Assembly (NCBI GenBank): GCA_040285825.1
Contig: JAUPSS010000001.1
Span: 3,844,001 to 3,908,000, forward strand
Length of the DNA stretch: 64,000 nt
Reading direction: 5' to 3'
From: Eukaryota sp. TZLM1-RC
Lineage: Eukaryota; Protista; Metamonada: BaSk clade
Below are positions 46,037 to 59,130 of this stretch, piece after piece. Made by a program: the position numbers and the translations under genes. The notes beneath the pieces are model-generated. The model saw nothing but the letters and a program-made list of their open reading frames with translations. It did no database searches and was not told the DNA's origin. Position 1 is the first letter of the stretch. The number at the start of each line of letters is the position of its first letter.

Positions 46037-46418
46037 CATTGAAAATTCTGTAAAATTTAAGAAATATTGATGCTGTAGTATATCGAAACGGGTAAATTTC
46101 TTTTTTTTAACTAATTCAACCCAATACTTGAAATATCTTCCATGTGAGCCGTTTCTACTGGCACAACAGGTCTTCTACTTTTTACACATTACTGCTGTTA
46201 TTGGCTGTGTATGCATTTATGGAGCTTAATTCATTGAAAATTTTGTAAAATTTAAGAAATATTGATGCTGTAGTTGATCGAAACGGGTAAATTTCTTTGG
46301 ATAACAAATTCAACCCAATACTTGAAATATCTTCCATGTGAGCGGTTTCTACTGGCAACATGTCTTCCACTATTTACACATTTCTGCTGTTATTGGCTGT
46401 GTAGGCATTTATGGAGCT
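46037..46418. repeat. Tandem duplication (~190-bp unit x2) of decayed CRE-like sequence
   Basis: Two adjacent near-identical units; minus strand reads HMEDISSIG, similar to YMDDISLIG. Confidence 0.7.
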
Positions 46419-47474
46419 GTTACAAAAACTTTTGTTGATGTAGAGGTTTTTTTCAGATGTAAATCGGTTGACTACAAGATTAAAACTTTGAACAAAAAAG
46501 TTGGGACAAATAAACCGCAAATTTTTATATGTGTGCAGCAGTAAGAGTAACAGTGTCCATCTGGCGTAATGGAGCATTCTTATTGTCGACAACGACTTGT
46601 TTCATGACCACGCTCATAATTTTGACGCATTGTCAATTTTTTCAAGAAAAATCATTTAGTTTTGAGCAACAGTCATTTATTCAATTGTTCAATCAAATGG
46701 TAGTTTGACCCATATCTCAATCATGTATACACTTTTGAAAATACAACAACCTATAGTGAAATACTCTACACCGTTCTTCACCGGCAATCTTAATAGAAAA
46801 TAAATAGAATAGCAATAAACTTCGATTAGACCCATTGTGAAACCAACAGTTCAAATTATTTAGAAACAATTCCTGTTTATTTGCTCCATCAACCGTAAAA
46901 ATATCCGTTCTCTGTGAGCTATTATGGCTGCAGTGACTAAATGATTAGCAAAATCCACCTTTAATGCCTTCAAATAGAATGCGCTTGTAACAGAAATCAC
47001 ATATCAAGAGGAAAAAACTATTTACCAGCAATCACTCTGGCCGCAAAGAATTTCTTGAATGATGCAAGAACAAAAAATACGTGCAAAACCAGTAGTATCC
47101 AATAGTTTTTGCAGAACCATTATTGAAGGTATGATCTACATTTTAGAAACTCAGCTAAGAAGGAGTTCATTGAAAAAACGATGGACTATCGCCTTTGCAC
47201 ACTCAGTAAAGTTTTGATGAACAGATTTATCTAAATTTAATAAAAAAGTTTGTCATCAATATTGACAACGTAAAAACACAGGGGTTTACCACAGATACTT
47301 ATCTTTTAGAATTACACTAAATATTTATGTTAAATAAGCAAAAACGATAGCAGGACAACAAATGTTCGCAATGATAGTTGGAATCATTGAAGGTAAAACA
47401 AACAGATTTGATGTTACATTTCCTATTTTTGTTTATACAATTTATTCAACTTGCACATTAATGTCAGTCGTGGA

Positions 47475-48426
47475 GTACCTTCGAGATCTTTTACCAATCT
47501 TCATCTTGCTGTTGTGAAATTACAGAAGTCTGTTCTAATTGGTTTTGAAGACCTGGATTTTTCTAAATGACTTAGTGTGACTAAGATTAATAATCCCGTC
47601 TTTGCTGCCTTTTTATCAGACATTCAGAACTGTACTAGTTTAATATCTCAGCAACCAAGGCCATTTGGTCTTCACTTAACAAATGAAGCATGGAAACAAA
47701 ACATGCGGTTGAGATTGGGGCTGTATCCAAGTGGTCTTTTGGATAATTCTGTTTGTATTTGTAACGAAAAACCTACTGCCAATTTCCGTCATATTGTTAG
47801 TTGTAAGAAATTCCTTCAATATCGGTCAGTTCTTCATAATGCCGTTCATGATGTGACATATGAGATGTTCAAGTGTTACAATTTTAGTTGCAAAGTAGAA
47901 CCGTTGTTGAAGCATTATAGTGATAATAATCTGTTTAATTCACGTCGAGGTGATTTAATTGCTCCTTTTGTGGATTCCTCTCAAGTTGTTGTTGAGGTTA
48001 CTACAGCTGATCCCTTTGCTTTTATTTATCGTGATGATGTTTTACTTAGTTCTAATGGTCATTTAAACAAGGCTGAGGATCGTAAAAGAGACAAAAATAC
48101 TGACATATTAAATGATTTAAATAAGAATCTTTACTCAAAGTATGTTTTGTATGTTCCTTTTGCCTTTTCGATTTTTGGCAACATTGGACAGTCTGCTTTG
48201 AATTTTCTCAATGATTTTGGTAATTTATGTCGTTCAAGTGGTGAGAATTTTGCAGGGTATTTATGGAAGAATCGTATCATTTTCGCTTTGTACAGAAGTG
48301 TTCCCAAGTATTTAAATTTAATGATGTCCAAGCTGTATAAGGATTCATCAAGAGTTGGTGTGGAGAATTTTGTTTCTTATGTGTTTTAGTTTGTTTTGTT
48401 TTGTTTTGTTATTTTTTTTTAATAAA
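47475..48426 (+). mobile_element. 5'-truncated CRE family D element; ORF 47577-48389
   Basis: CIC..HIVSC, HNAVHD, RGDLI, PFAFSIFGNIG. Confidence 0.85.
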
Positions 48427-48518
48427 TCAATACTCAATTAATTAAATAAATTAAATAAATTGAAAAAATTGAAAAAATTAAAGACAACAATTTACAAAAT
48501 GAAATGAACAAATCAACG

Positions 48519-49780
48519 TCACCTACTCTGTTTCCGCTGGATTTCCTTCAGAATATCTATGGAAGTATAGCTAAACTCTGAGAAAGTACAAGAATCGTTC
48601 AATTCTTCCTTATTACTATTTGAATTAGGAACAACATTTGGTACCTTTTTAGGTACATCTTCTAGTTCGGCCAAGTAATCATAAAAACCTCTAAAAACAG
48701 TTCTGGGATCAATAGGTGGGTCCACGGCCCTCAATAGCTGAAAATCGATATTTTTAAAAAACTTGTGCAATTTAATTTCGCTCGCACCATGTTTCGAACC
48801 CAGTCTTTTTTCTGGATCTAGCACCAACAACTTTTTAATTAAGGATTTTGCTTCTGAAGACAGTGGAATGTGGTCAGGGAACCTAATGTGACCGCTCTTC
48901 ACAGCATTGAATATGGCTTCTTGCGTGTTACCATGGAAAGGAGTGTGACCTGATAACAGTTCATAAATCAATACTCCAAGAGCCCACCAATCTACGGTAG
49001 CTGCGGTGAATTGTTGGAAAAAAATAAAGAAAACAAAAAAAAATTAGTAAACAATTACTAAATCTTAATTAACAAAATAAACAAACCTGAATGATAAGGT
49101 CCAGCAATTACTTCCGGTGCAAGGTACTCGGGCGTTCCACATAAAGAAGTGGCAGAGAGAAGAGAATGTGTAGAGACTGAAAAGTGGCGAGGAGTTGGGT
49201 TGGAATTGCCAAAGATTCTCAACATCGATCTAAAGGGGGTAGAGGTGGTTTGGAAAGGGGCTGAGCAAACTGACTGGGACTTTCGTGATAGGTCAAAATC
49301 AGAAAGTCGAATGTGACCGTCAAGACCAATTAAAATGTTTTCCGGCTTTAAATCCCGATATGCCACACCTAAGAGATGAAGATATTCTAATGCAGAAAGG
49401 ACTTGAGCAGCGTACTGCTTGACTACCGTATCAGAGAGTGGCCCAATCATACGGTTGATTTCGTAGAGGTTACCAGCACAGAGTTCGGTGATATAGTACA
49501 AATGGTCTTCGTCGTGGAACGCAAAGTAGAGGGTGAGTATGAAAGGATGGCGGGCAGAGGCAAGAATCTCGCGTTCTTCTTTGACACGGCGTACTTTGTT
49601 TCTGGCAACCATATCAGCCTTGGAGAGCCGTTTAAGAGCAAAGTAGCGATCATGACCTACCCATTCTACAAGAAAGACTTTGCCTACATCACCTTTACCA
49701 ATTAGTTTAAGTTTGCGGAAGTCAGAAGCTGAAACAGGAGTTCGTATAAGAGAAAGATGGTCACCATCTTCAGTTGACAT
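48519..49780 (-). CDS. AGC Ser/Thr kinase (NRC-2/Kin82/phototropin-kinase-like), exons 49087-49780 and 48519-49000
   Basis: GKGDVGKV, YRDLKPEN, DFD, GTPEYLAPE; 86-nt intron GTTTGT..CAG restores PYHSATVDWW. Confidence 0.9.
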
Positions 49781-49889
49781 ATGCTAAGAGCACAAGAAGG
49801 TTAAGAAGAGATTATATGGGAAGATGCAAAGTGTTAAAAGCTTCTATTTCAGTTCTATTTCATCAACACCCTTCTTTGTCTTGTAAGTA

Positions 49890-51275
49890 ATGTCGCAAAT
49901 AGACGAAACACTCTTTGTTGGAAAGGCTGTGACAGCAACTCGCTCATCTGCTTCTGTTCTTTCTTCATCTGAATTTTCTGATATTCGCAACCGTGCATTA
50001 GGTCCTTCAACCGCCACACGCAGAGCACAAAAGCAACAACAACGCATTCAAAACCACAAAATCTCTCAACAACGTGTATCTCAATGGAATAACACTCTCG
50101 AAGGCAGACGTCGTGAAAAGGAACTAGAACGCCAACGACGTAAACAACAAGAAGAAGATCGTCTTCTTGCCATCGATAGAGAAGAAGCAGCTCTTCGTCA
50201 GAAGCAACGTGAAGAACTTTTGTCTAAAGCTGCCGAACATTATCTTTATGAGGATGAGGACGTTCAAGAAGTGTTACAGAAAAGCATCGCTTTGTCTCTT
50301 CTTGATGATAACAAGAAGCAAATTGAATACAAAGATCAACACAAACAACGAGAAAAGGCAGCTGAACAATCGTTTGATAAGGGTTTGGATGAGGATGTTG
50401 AACATTATCTTGCTGAGTGTGAAGAGGTAAAGCAAAAAGAGAAATGTAAAAGGGATCAGTTAAGAGCCGAGCTGAAGTGTCAGCTTGACAAGAAAAGGGA
50501 TCAGATTATGGAAGAAATTAAAGAAAATGAAAATTTCGATCGAACATTGTTGGAGAAAGTAGAGCAGCAGAATAGAAAAGAAAGTGAATGTGAAAGGGAA
50601 AAAATGTTGGAATTGAAACGGGAGGCGACACGTGTTATGAAGGAAAATGCAGCAAGAGGTCAAAAAAGAGTTCAAAATCAGAAGGAGGAGGAAGAACTTT
50701 CGGAATATCAAAGAAAACGTAATGAATTTATGGAAAAAGTGCGTGAAATTGAAGAACAAAAAAGGAAACTTCCAATCATTGAAGGGAAACCAGTCAGCAA
50801 CAATCAGAAAGAAGAAGTTGATGTGACTGAAACTTTTTTCGACAAATTCGGGTGTGATTCTGTTTGCAAAGTAGATCAAAATGTGGTTGACCAATCAAGA
50901 AAACGGCAGCTTAGGATTAAAAAGTTGCAAAAAGAAAAGGAGCTAGCTCAAGAAAAGGAATTGTCATTGTTACAAAGTGACACACTCAAAATTTTAGAAC
51001 AAGATGCTGTAGATGAGGTCAAAATGGAAAGAGAAAAGGCAAGAAAGTTAGCAGAATATCAAAGAAAACAGACTTGTAAAAAATCAGAAGCCGTAAAACA
51101 AAATGCCAGTCAAAATGATGAACTGATCATCACAGAGGACCAAAAGGTTCAAAATTTGGTCCAGAAGGTACTAGAAGATCATGAAAAACAAGGCCACAAT
51201 ACTGTTTGTCTCAAACGGAAATTAAACAAACCTAGAGTCCGAAGATCACAGGAGAGCACTTTAATTTTAATGTAG
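49890..51275 (+). CDS. CFAP210: Coiled-coil flagellar protein, CFAP210/CCDC173-like
   Basis: SQQRVSQWNNTLEGRR..IDREEA..R motif followed by long E/K/R coiled coil. Confidence 0.6.
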   Translation: MSQIDETLFVGKAVTATRSSASVLSSSEFSDIRNRALGPSTATRRAQKQQQRIQNHKISQQRVSQWNNTLEGRRREKELERQRRKQQEEDRLLAIDREEAALRQKQREELLSKAAEHYLYEDEDVQEVLQKSIALSLLDDNKKQIEYKDQHKQREKAAEQSFDKGLDEDVEHYLAECEEVKQKEKCKRDQLRAELKCQLDKKRDQIMEEIKENENFDRTLLEKVEQQNRKESECEREKMLELKREATRVMKENAARGQKRVQNQKEEEELSEYQRKRNEFMEKVREIEEQKRKLPIIEGKPVSNNQKEEVDVTETFFDKFGCDSVCKVDQNVVDQSRKRQLRIKKLQKEKELAQEKELSLLQSDTLKILEQDAVDEVKMEREKARKLAEYQRKQTCKKSEAVKQNASQNDELIITEDQKVQNLVQKVLEDHEKQGHNTVCLKRKLNKPRVRRSQESTLILM

Positions 51276-52798
51276 ATTAGTTGATTTATTTTTTATTTAT
51301 TTATTTTTTATTTATTTATTTTTATTGTATTATAGGTAATATATTTAAGGTTTTTGGTTTGACAACTTGCGTTTGTGATGCTTTGTGTGTCACAGTAGAT
51401 AACTAAAGCATAGTATATTCAAATTCACTATCCCTTGCAAAGGCCATCACTAGTGAAGTCTATTACATTCTAGACCAATTGGCCACAGTACAACAAAATA
51501 CCGAATTGTCAGTCGTAACCGTGAATTCGGCAATCTTTATCGAGTTTTTTCATTTTTTGATTGCCAAAAGTTATCCAGGTTTTTTAATGGTCGACTTTTA
51601 CAGTCTTGAGTTGTGGAGCATTCATTTTAATTCAACAAAATTCCAAATTATTCCTCATCATGCGTTTGTTTTTTCCATTTTTACTGAGTTTCAAGTCATC
51701 AAAAGGTCCTTTCTCAGGGATCAAAATCACACACTGCTTGTGTTTTATCCAACCAGATACTGAATTGGTTTTAACAAATAAATAAGTAACAATCAAATTA
51801 CTTCCACTCTTGTCCTTGTACATTGACTTAGAATACTTTATTCTTTGTGGCACCAGTTGGCATCTTTTGTACAAGGTTATAATTATTCAAGTATGATCTC
51901 ACCTATGGGAACACCATAAACATAACTTGTTCCTTAATCTGCTATTTATTAATCATTATCCATGAACAAGATGAACTCAAACACAAACAGTACTCAACAA
52001 ATGAACGGTACATGTATTTTGTAAAGTCGGCTTATAATCGTGTTGAAAATAACTTGTAATTTGAACAAACGTCAAAGGAAAATAACCAATAAATATATTA
52101 CTAACTCAGCCTCTTTTATGAGGCCAATACAAATCATTTCACAAACATTGTCTAAGATCAAGATATCATAGCAGGAGGAGGAATCAAAACACAATGAATG
52201 CCAATTCGAAAACACTATAAAAACCAAAACTCATTTTGTTTCCTAGAAAGCTGCTTTTTCTTTGAATGCAAATGAAGTGTTTTCTAGGTGTCAAATAATA
52301 GCGGTCAATCAATTGAAAATGACACTAAATTCCAACTGCTTCTATAAATCAGCTGTAATTTCTTCAATTTCTTGTCATACTTGCTTTCTTCATGTGGTGT
52401 TCTTTTCAAAGTTGCCATGATCTTCTTTTGCTTTAATTTTGATCTGTATTAAATTTTCTGAATCGAAGTGTCATTGGTAAAACATATATAAGTAATATAC
52501 AGTTATTGAATGCTATTTACTAAGGTTTGAGTTTTGAATTCGATTCTTGTACTTCCTTTTCTGATGGATGCTTGCAACAAAATTAAACCTTGATCCTACC
52601 TCCAGTAAATGCATTGTTTCAATTCGATCTTCGTTAAATTGATCTCAAAAATATATATTCCCAACACTAATAAACTATAGTATATGAATAGATGGCTTGT
52701 TCCAAAATTCAATACCATTTCTTAGCAACTGATATGTTGGCCCGATAAGGTCAGCTGATGTTTATTATTTTTGTCCCCAGAGCGTTTATAGAGTAGAC

Positions 52799-52950
52799 CA
52801 TGGAAAAATCCAAAAATGCTGCAGATTCACTGTAGTAAAAGGCTATAACTTAAGACAAATATGAAGGTCTATCACCAGCACTATACTTCACAAAATAATC
52901 TACAATTGTCTTGATGTTGATACATGCTAACTTTTTACGATTTCATCTCT
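52799..52950 (-). pseudogene. Second Fanzor1 3' stub with conserved downstream tail
   Basis: NRKKLACINIKTIVDYF..DRPSYLS stop at 52850-52852, homologous to 32180-32330. Confidence 0.75.
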
Positions 52951-53769
52951 TATTCTTCTTTACTGCTGAACTCGAAACATCTTTCATGGATTCTTATAAT
53001 CCTGTATACCCTCCAGCTGATCCAGTTTCCAAAGGAAAATCAAGCGAGGATATTTAATGCCGAAATGTGCAGCTCAAGTGGGTTGTTTGAAGTCCACTTT
53101 ACCCAATAATATAATAATAATATGGACATTGGGCAATTTGTTGTTTGTCTCCTAGAGTTGTTTGTCTCCTATTGACATAAAGGTATGCCTCATCCAAGCT
53201 GGATTTGTGTTTTTTGAATCGTGCTACTGTTGCTCAACCTGAAAAGTTTTTATACTTTTTAATAGATTATTTTCCTTTTTTTATTTTTTATTAATTCAAC
53301 AATCACAGACATCTATTCTATCATAAACAGGATTTTGTGATTTCATTTTTCTCTTGTTTATCTCCTCTCTAATTTCACAAAAATGTTAACTGTTCATCGA
53401 CCAATTTTTACCTGAGTTGGCTCTATATTTTTTTATTCTTTTTTTATTTAACCACAAAAGGGACATTGGATTGTTTCAATATTTTCTGTCGAAAATAGCA
53501 TTCACGACAAGTATTTCCAAATCTTCAACAAATCTTATGTGTTGACAGTCTAACTAGTGACAACCTTAACCCTTTAGTTAAATTTGATTATCTTAGCAGC
53601 AAATGGAAATTTTTCAATATCGCTCCTTTATGCATTTATTTTCACCAATTTATGACCAGGTCGCATTCTGTATATGATTTTTTACAAGATGGTTGTTTGT
53701 ATCTATTATATTCTGCATTATGTGGAAATTTATCTCATATACTTGAGAATGTAAAAATTCAAAAGCCCA

Positions 53770-53945
53770 TGTTGGCTCAGAGCCATTTCTAGTAATTTTG
53801 TAATTATCACGTGATGCCACGTCATCAGTGGTTTAAGTAGATCATTGTAATTTTCTCTGTGCCTTTTATTCACCCTCCTTGTGATAAACATCCTGTTACG
53901 AAGTTTTCTGTTTCTACAAGGTTTACAATGCATGCGAACCCAACA
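53770..53945. mobile_element. Solo LTR (176 bp)
   Basis: TGTTGG..CCAACA termini, 4-bp TSD CCCA. Confidence 0.75.
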
Positions 53946-54245
53946 CCCACAGACCTATCTCACGATTTTTAGCAAAATATTGAGGTACTTGTGCTGAAAA
54001 ATAGATGATGACTTGCATTTCTGATCAGATCCATTTCGAGCAGGCAATGGGTGTGATTTGATGGATGGTATAGAGCAACAAGAACAATGTAGATGTACAG
54101 CAGATTAATTTGAGTAGGCTACTGTACAAATCTTTCATTTGTGATAATAATGTCAAATAAATCAAAACAATCAAATTTATTTAAAAATTCAATTACTTAA
54201 GCATGTACAATTTACAAATAAAAAAGAAAAACAGAGAATAAAAAA

Positions 54246-54965
54246 TTAAATACGTCCTGCTCTTTGGTAACTAAGCCTACTAAAATAGGGCAAGTTTAGA
54301 ACATCAAACACTGAATGATTAGAGACTGAACGATTAGAGCGGTTATGATTACATGGTTTCCGATCTTTGGCGGTTAAAGGACGACCATCCAAAGAACTTG
54401 GTAAATTACGTCGTCGGTTCCTATTGTATGGGGTATTGAATAACCAGAAATCAGGGAACACCGTAAACGCATTGGCTTGAGGTATGGGTTGCGAAAGGGC
54501 AAAGTACTTTTGTAAAAACGATAAAAGTTTTGGCGAAGGCCGATCATAGGCTACGGCTTGGGGTGTCGTGCAATAATAGTTCAGAAAACCATCAAACAAG
54601 AGCTTTCCGGTTCCTTGACGTTGCTTGCTGACATAGAAATCAAGGCAACATATAGGATCGACCTCTGTGAGTACTCCTTCCTTACATAAGAACAAATGCC
54701 GTGACGCACTTTTGAGGAAGCCGACTGGTGTTTTGTTAATGCTATAAACAAACAAAACTGCATCATTCTGGGTGATGAGTTTTGTGAACGTTGTGATTGG
54801 TGTGTTGAGCTTCTGGGCTTCTGCAGAGGCCTTCCCGAGAGAATCTATGTATTGTTGAAATTGTTGCTTCTTAAAATCGGGCATTGACAAGTGCGATGCT
54901 TCCCAAATAGACAAGTCTTCAGGGAAAAGACTACATTGATTGAAGGTTCCAGTGGTACCAAGCAT
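54246..54965 (-). CDS. ATAT1: Alpha-tubulin N-acetyltransferase (MEC-17 family)
   Basis: GKASAEAQKL..PIT, GFLK, LDFYV..QRQGTGK, AYDRPSPKLLSFL. Confidence 0.92.
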   Translation of the reverse strand: MLGTTGTFNQCSLFPEDLSIWEASHLSMPDFKKQQFQQYIDSLGKASAEAQKLNTPITTFTKLITQNDAVLFVYSINKTPVGFLKSASRHLFLCKEGVLTEVDPICCLDFYVSKQRQGTGKLLFDGFLNYYCTTPQAVAYDRPSPKLLSFLQKYFALSQPIPQANAFTVFPDFWLFNTPYNRNRRRNLPSSLDGRPLTAKDRKPCNHNRSNRSVSNHSVFDVLNLPYFSRLSYQRAGRI

Positions 54966-55669
54966 TTGCAATCAAAATTGTTTGTGGAATTTGGATACAG
55001 AAAAAGTCAGCTATTTTGTTGTTGGTGACGCAGGTTTGAAGCACGTAGAGTACTTGTTGCTTCTCAATGGTATAATTCTGTCCGTTGTGAAATTTATTTA
55101 ATAAGTGTTCATTATGGAAATTCAAATGTTTAATTTAAGTTTTGATGATTAATTTCTTTATGAAAAATTCACAAGATCTTACAACAGTGAGAGGAAGAAA
55201 TGAAAGGAGGAAATTTACTACAAGCTCTTGATTTCAAAACATCAGAGCTTTTGATCAAGACCAAGCAAATAATCCTATTTATTTATAATACTCCTATTTT
55301 GCGCAAAAAAACCTTAAATAATTAAACAAATAATTAAACAAATATTGTTATTTAACAAAGTTTTTTTGAATATTTTCACGACTATTGAGGGAATGGACAC
55401 CATTGATGAAGTGTTACCAAAGAGAAGAGATAACCTAAAAAAATACGTACTGCAGAATAAAATTAAAGGAAAATTATAGGAAAAGAATGACAAATAAAAA
55501 AATTTGGTATTTTAAAACTGAAGTACTTTGAAATTTAAAAATACATAATACAAAAAAATTGAGATATAAAATTCAGTTAAGTAAAATTAGAAAATTTGAA
55601 AATCAAAACAATATTTGAATCATTTCCTTAAACAATAAATTGAAGTTGTTTAATTTTGAATAAAAATAA

Positions 55670-57637
55670 TCAAGCAGTCAGATCAACAATTCTTTCCATG
55701 GCAAATTTTCGAAGTTGCTGATCATTGACTTTTAAAAGATTTTCAACCGCAACTAGAGCAGCCTGTCTAAGCTGCACACTTGGTGCTGAGATTGACACTT
55801 CCTGAGACAACTTGAGAATGACATAACCAGACAATTGGGGATGGAGATGAACTATTTTGGATAGCCTGGAAAACAACACAGGTGACTCCGACAGGTGAGA
55901 GAAGTTGTGTTGAGATTTGATTAATTGAAAAATCAACTGCAGAGTCCGAAATTGAATATTTTGGTTTTTGGCACTCAGAAGTGACGAGAAAAGATCACTA
56001 TCTAGAAAAGTCAAACTTGATAACGTGATTGATTGTGAATTGATTGAATTGATTAAAATAGCAATAATAGAACAAATGATTGTAACACAAGATGTTGAAA
56101 TTGAACTAGCCAATATTTGGAATAGAATGTCGAATATTTGGATGATGTCAACATTGATCTCTATTTCGTCGTGTGACAGGTGAAAACTCAAATTTTCAAA
56201 GAATTTCAAAATTAAAGGCAGAACATCATATTTTGATTGGCATTTGAGCAAAAAGGTAGACATTACAGAAACCAAATTTTCAAATTTTCCAAATTTAGAA
56301 GTAATTAAAACAAATTCAACTGACTTAACACAATTCGTAATAAAAATGAGCAAATATTTCGAACTGACAACATAATTGGGATCAACGAGACGTTCCCAAA
56401 TATTTAAAATTTTGCATACCTCTTCATCATTATTGTAAAAATTTGAGAATAAGCTCATTTTTGCTAAAACGGAAAAAGAAAGTTCAACAACCGGATCAAT
56501 ACAATCAGAATCAATTAATTCAATGAGAAAACCACAGAATCTATCAGAAATGATTGAAGAAAACCGACGACTTTTTGTCAAATCAACAACAACGATTAGC
56601 CAGGAGGAGAGAACATCTTTGAAGGTACAATCATCCTGCTGATGCGTAAATTTGGTATAGAATTCATTAAATTTAGAAATAACAATACCAAAACCTTCTG
56701 TAAACCAGGTTTCATTAAATAAATCAAAGTTTTGATTATAAATAAGATTATCTAAAATCAAGTGCAAAAGTATAGCAATGTCTTTTGAACAATCAGCATT
56801 TAAATTAGAAAGTTCAATTGTGTCGAAAAATTCAAAACTTGACCGTAATAATTTGATTGAAAGCTCAGTATCTAGTAGTTTTGGATCAATTATGGAATAA
56901 AAAAGGATCAAAATATTTAGTGAATAGTGGAGCTCATTTTGAGTGAATGAACCAAAATTTGACAAAATACTAACAAGCTCAGAGGTACATAATTGCGGAA
57001 TTAAATCAGAAGAGATGTTAGAGCAATTGTAAATAATATACAGAAAATTTGCAAATATTTTGCCACTTGAAATTTTGGACTTTTTTAAAATTTTAATGAC
57101 CTTTTCTGTTGTGGAGAAGCAATACTTTTGAAATTTCTGAAATTTTGAGCAATATGCTATTAATGTCGAAACCTCAGTTGTGACAATATTTGAATTTAAC
57201 AATAATTCAATTAAATCAACACCATTAGAAAAAACAAGACTCGCTAAAAAAGAATCACTAATCTTCCCAAGTGACGTCAACAAGGTCAATAAAGGAGGAC
57301 TCAGCGTTGACTTTGTTTGAAAAAACGTGATTAAGCGTGGTTTAATGCTACAAAGATTGTCATAGTCCAAGATTAAAGAAAGAACTAAGCAAGCAGGACC
57401 GGAAATAAATGGTGATTCATGGTTCATCAGATCAAGAAAGGAATTGACAAGGGAAGACGTGTATTGTACTGATATACGTTTTGTGATGATGGAGAAGTAA
57501 ATAACGTCTAGAACATGAACCAGGGCCAGCGGATCTGATGAAACAAGGAGAGATTCTACATCACGAAGGAAGGATTGCTGTTCGGTTCGGGAAGTAAGTG
57601 AAAGTAGTATTGAATACACTTGATGTGGTGTTGACAT
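55670..57637 (-). CDS. Large Leu/Ser-rich helical (ARM/HEAT-like) hypothetical protein
   Basis: Long intact ORF, amphipathic helical composition; ATG at 57637. Confidence 0.6.
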   Translation of the reverse strand: MSTPHQVYSILLSLTSRTEQQSFLRDVESLLVSSDPLALVHVLDVIYFSIITKRISVQYTSSLVNSFLDLMNHESPFISGPACLVLSLILDYDNLCSIKPRLITFFQTKSTLSPPLLTLLTSLGKISDSFLASLVFSNGVDLIELLLNSNIVTTEVSTLIAYCSKFQKFQKYCFSTTEKVIKILKKSKISSGKIFANFLYIIYNCSNISSDLIPQLCTSELVSILSNFGSFTQNELHYSLNILILFYSIIDPKLLDTELSIKLLRSSFEFFDTIELSNLNADCSKDIAILLHLILDNLIYNQNFDLFNETWFTEGFGIVISKFNEFYTKFTHQQDDCTFKDVLSSWLIVVVDLTKSRRFSSIISDRFCGFLIELIDSDCIDPVVELSFSVLAKMSLFSNFYNNDEEVCKILNIWERLVDPNYVVSSKYLLIFITNCVKSVEFVLITSKFGKFENLVSVMSTFLLKCQSKYDVLPLILKFFENLSFHLSHDEIEINVDIIQIFDILFQILASSISTSCVTIICSIIAILINSINSQSITLSSLTFLDSDLFSSLLSAKNQNIQFRTLQLIFQLIKSQHNFSHLSESPVLFSRLSKIVHLHPQLSGYVILKLSQEVSISAPSVQLRQAALVAVENLLKVNDQQLRKFAMERIVDLTA

Positions 57638-57978
57638 CACTGATCGTTTATTCAAGATGTAGATTCAATAAAGAAATGCATTATCAATAATATATGCCAA
57701 AATAAAATCTAAGGTCCAAATACAATTTCTGAAATTCTGCGGCTTTAACTTGGATTTTGCTGGTATTTGGGTGATTACAGAATGTAAAATCCGTTTTCTT
57801 ATTAAAAACAATTTTTCCTATTAACAATCAGAGCAAAATAGAACAAAAAATCTTGAGGGCAGTACAAACATCTTTTGAAGTACTTTTTTCTCCTTCACGA
57901 ACATTAATAAGTGTGTTAGTTCTAGACAATTAGTCGTGTTTGGTTTCATAACAAAACTCCAAAATGACGAGTTCATGC

Positions 57979-58060
57979 TCTCACTTCACCTAAGTGAGAC
58001 GTTAACCCTAACCCTAACTTTAACACTAACCTAAAACCAACGTAGACCGTCGTCTCGCTT
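57979..58060. repeat. Degenerate (TAACCC)n tract between short inverted repeats
   Basis: taaccc taaccc taactt taacac taacct; aagtgagacg / cgtctcgctt. Confidence 0.6.
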
Positions 58061-58549
58061 CAATTCCGACGAGCTGAGATTTTTTACCACTCAAAATCAT
58101 TCAAATAAGGGTTTACACCCCACTTCATTCATATCCTGAATAGGAGAAGCTCTTTTGTATGGAATGTAGTTAAAGTGAGAAAGCTAGAAGTAGAGGGACT
58201 TCTAGAACAAGAAAATCACAAATTGATCTGAATTGAAAAGTAAAAATATTTGGCTCCAACACATAGCACAAATCTATTTTATGGAAGCCTCGATTTTTGC
58301 TGCTCATCATCTATTAACAGACGATCTGTGATTAGAACGATGAAATCGGAGAAAATGATTGAAATGTTCAAGACATAACAGTTTATCTATAATGAGTAAA
58401 AGCAGAAACATTAACATCGAAATGAAGAGAGAACATGAACCATTATGAATGTTAGTGTAGACAGAAACGATCAAATAGACCTGATGTGTCTGTAAGTTAA
58501 AAGGAGCGTCAATATACCATGAAAATTTTTAGATTCCAATAAATTATTT

Positions 58550-59130
58550 AATTTATTAAACTTGCACACTTGACAAAAGAACTCGTAACTAATGGGACTA
58601 AATTCATTGAACCATGATTTCCTCTACAAAAACTTAATCTGCTTGATGTCTAGCTAATGCTTCTAAAATTCGATTGAAAAACCAAGGCACTCTATTAATA
58701 ATCGCAAATTGTTGCCGTTAGGCATTATACTAGCTGAAAGGTAGAATTTATGTTGGTGTAAGGCGGGTTAAGATAAAGATAATTTTATTCAATGTTATTC
58801 TATATATACTAAGGTACTCACAAGTGAAATACCTACAAAGTTGAATCCGAGAGCGCTTTAAAAATAAATCAAATCTTTTCATTGTTTTTCCTTGAACCAT
58901 TTTTTGAAAACCATTCAAAATGGTTCCTGCTTCAACTGATTATTAAACTTCAGTTTTATTTATCGAAAATGGGAAAGCAATAAAAACAAGTGGTCTATTT
59001 CTATCAGCATCAGCTTCTTCAATGTCTTTGTCATATGATCTATGTTTTTCTTGGGTCTTAAATTCGAGAACATTTACAGGATTAAGTTTTCTTCTTTGAA
59101 CCAAAGCGTCATTTGCAACATTACATGTAA
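58550..59130 (-). mobile_element. CRE family B 3' fragment interrupted by a solo LTR
   Basis: CNVANDALVQRR..FIAFPFSIN homologous to 27640-28070. Confidence 0.75.
58710..58837. mobile_element. Solo LTR (128 bp) related to the gag-only LTRs
   Basis: Starts tgttgccgttaggca, ends CA; TSD AAAT/AAGT. Confidence 0.7.

Noticed and set aside
46037-46418. CRISPR-like or regulatory repeat array
   Set aside because: Only two ~190-bp units with no spacers, derived from decayed retrotransposon sequence
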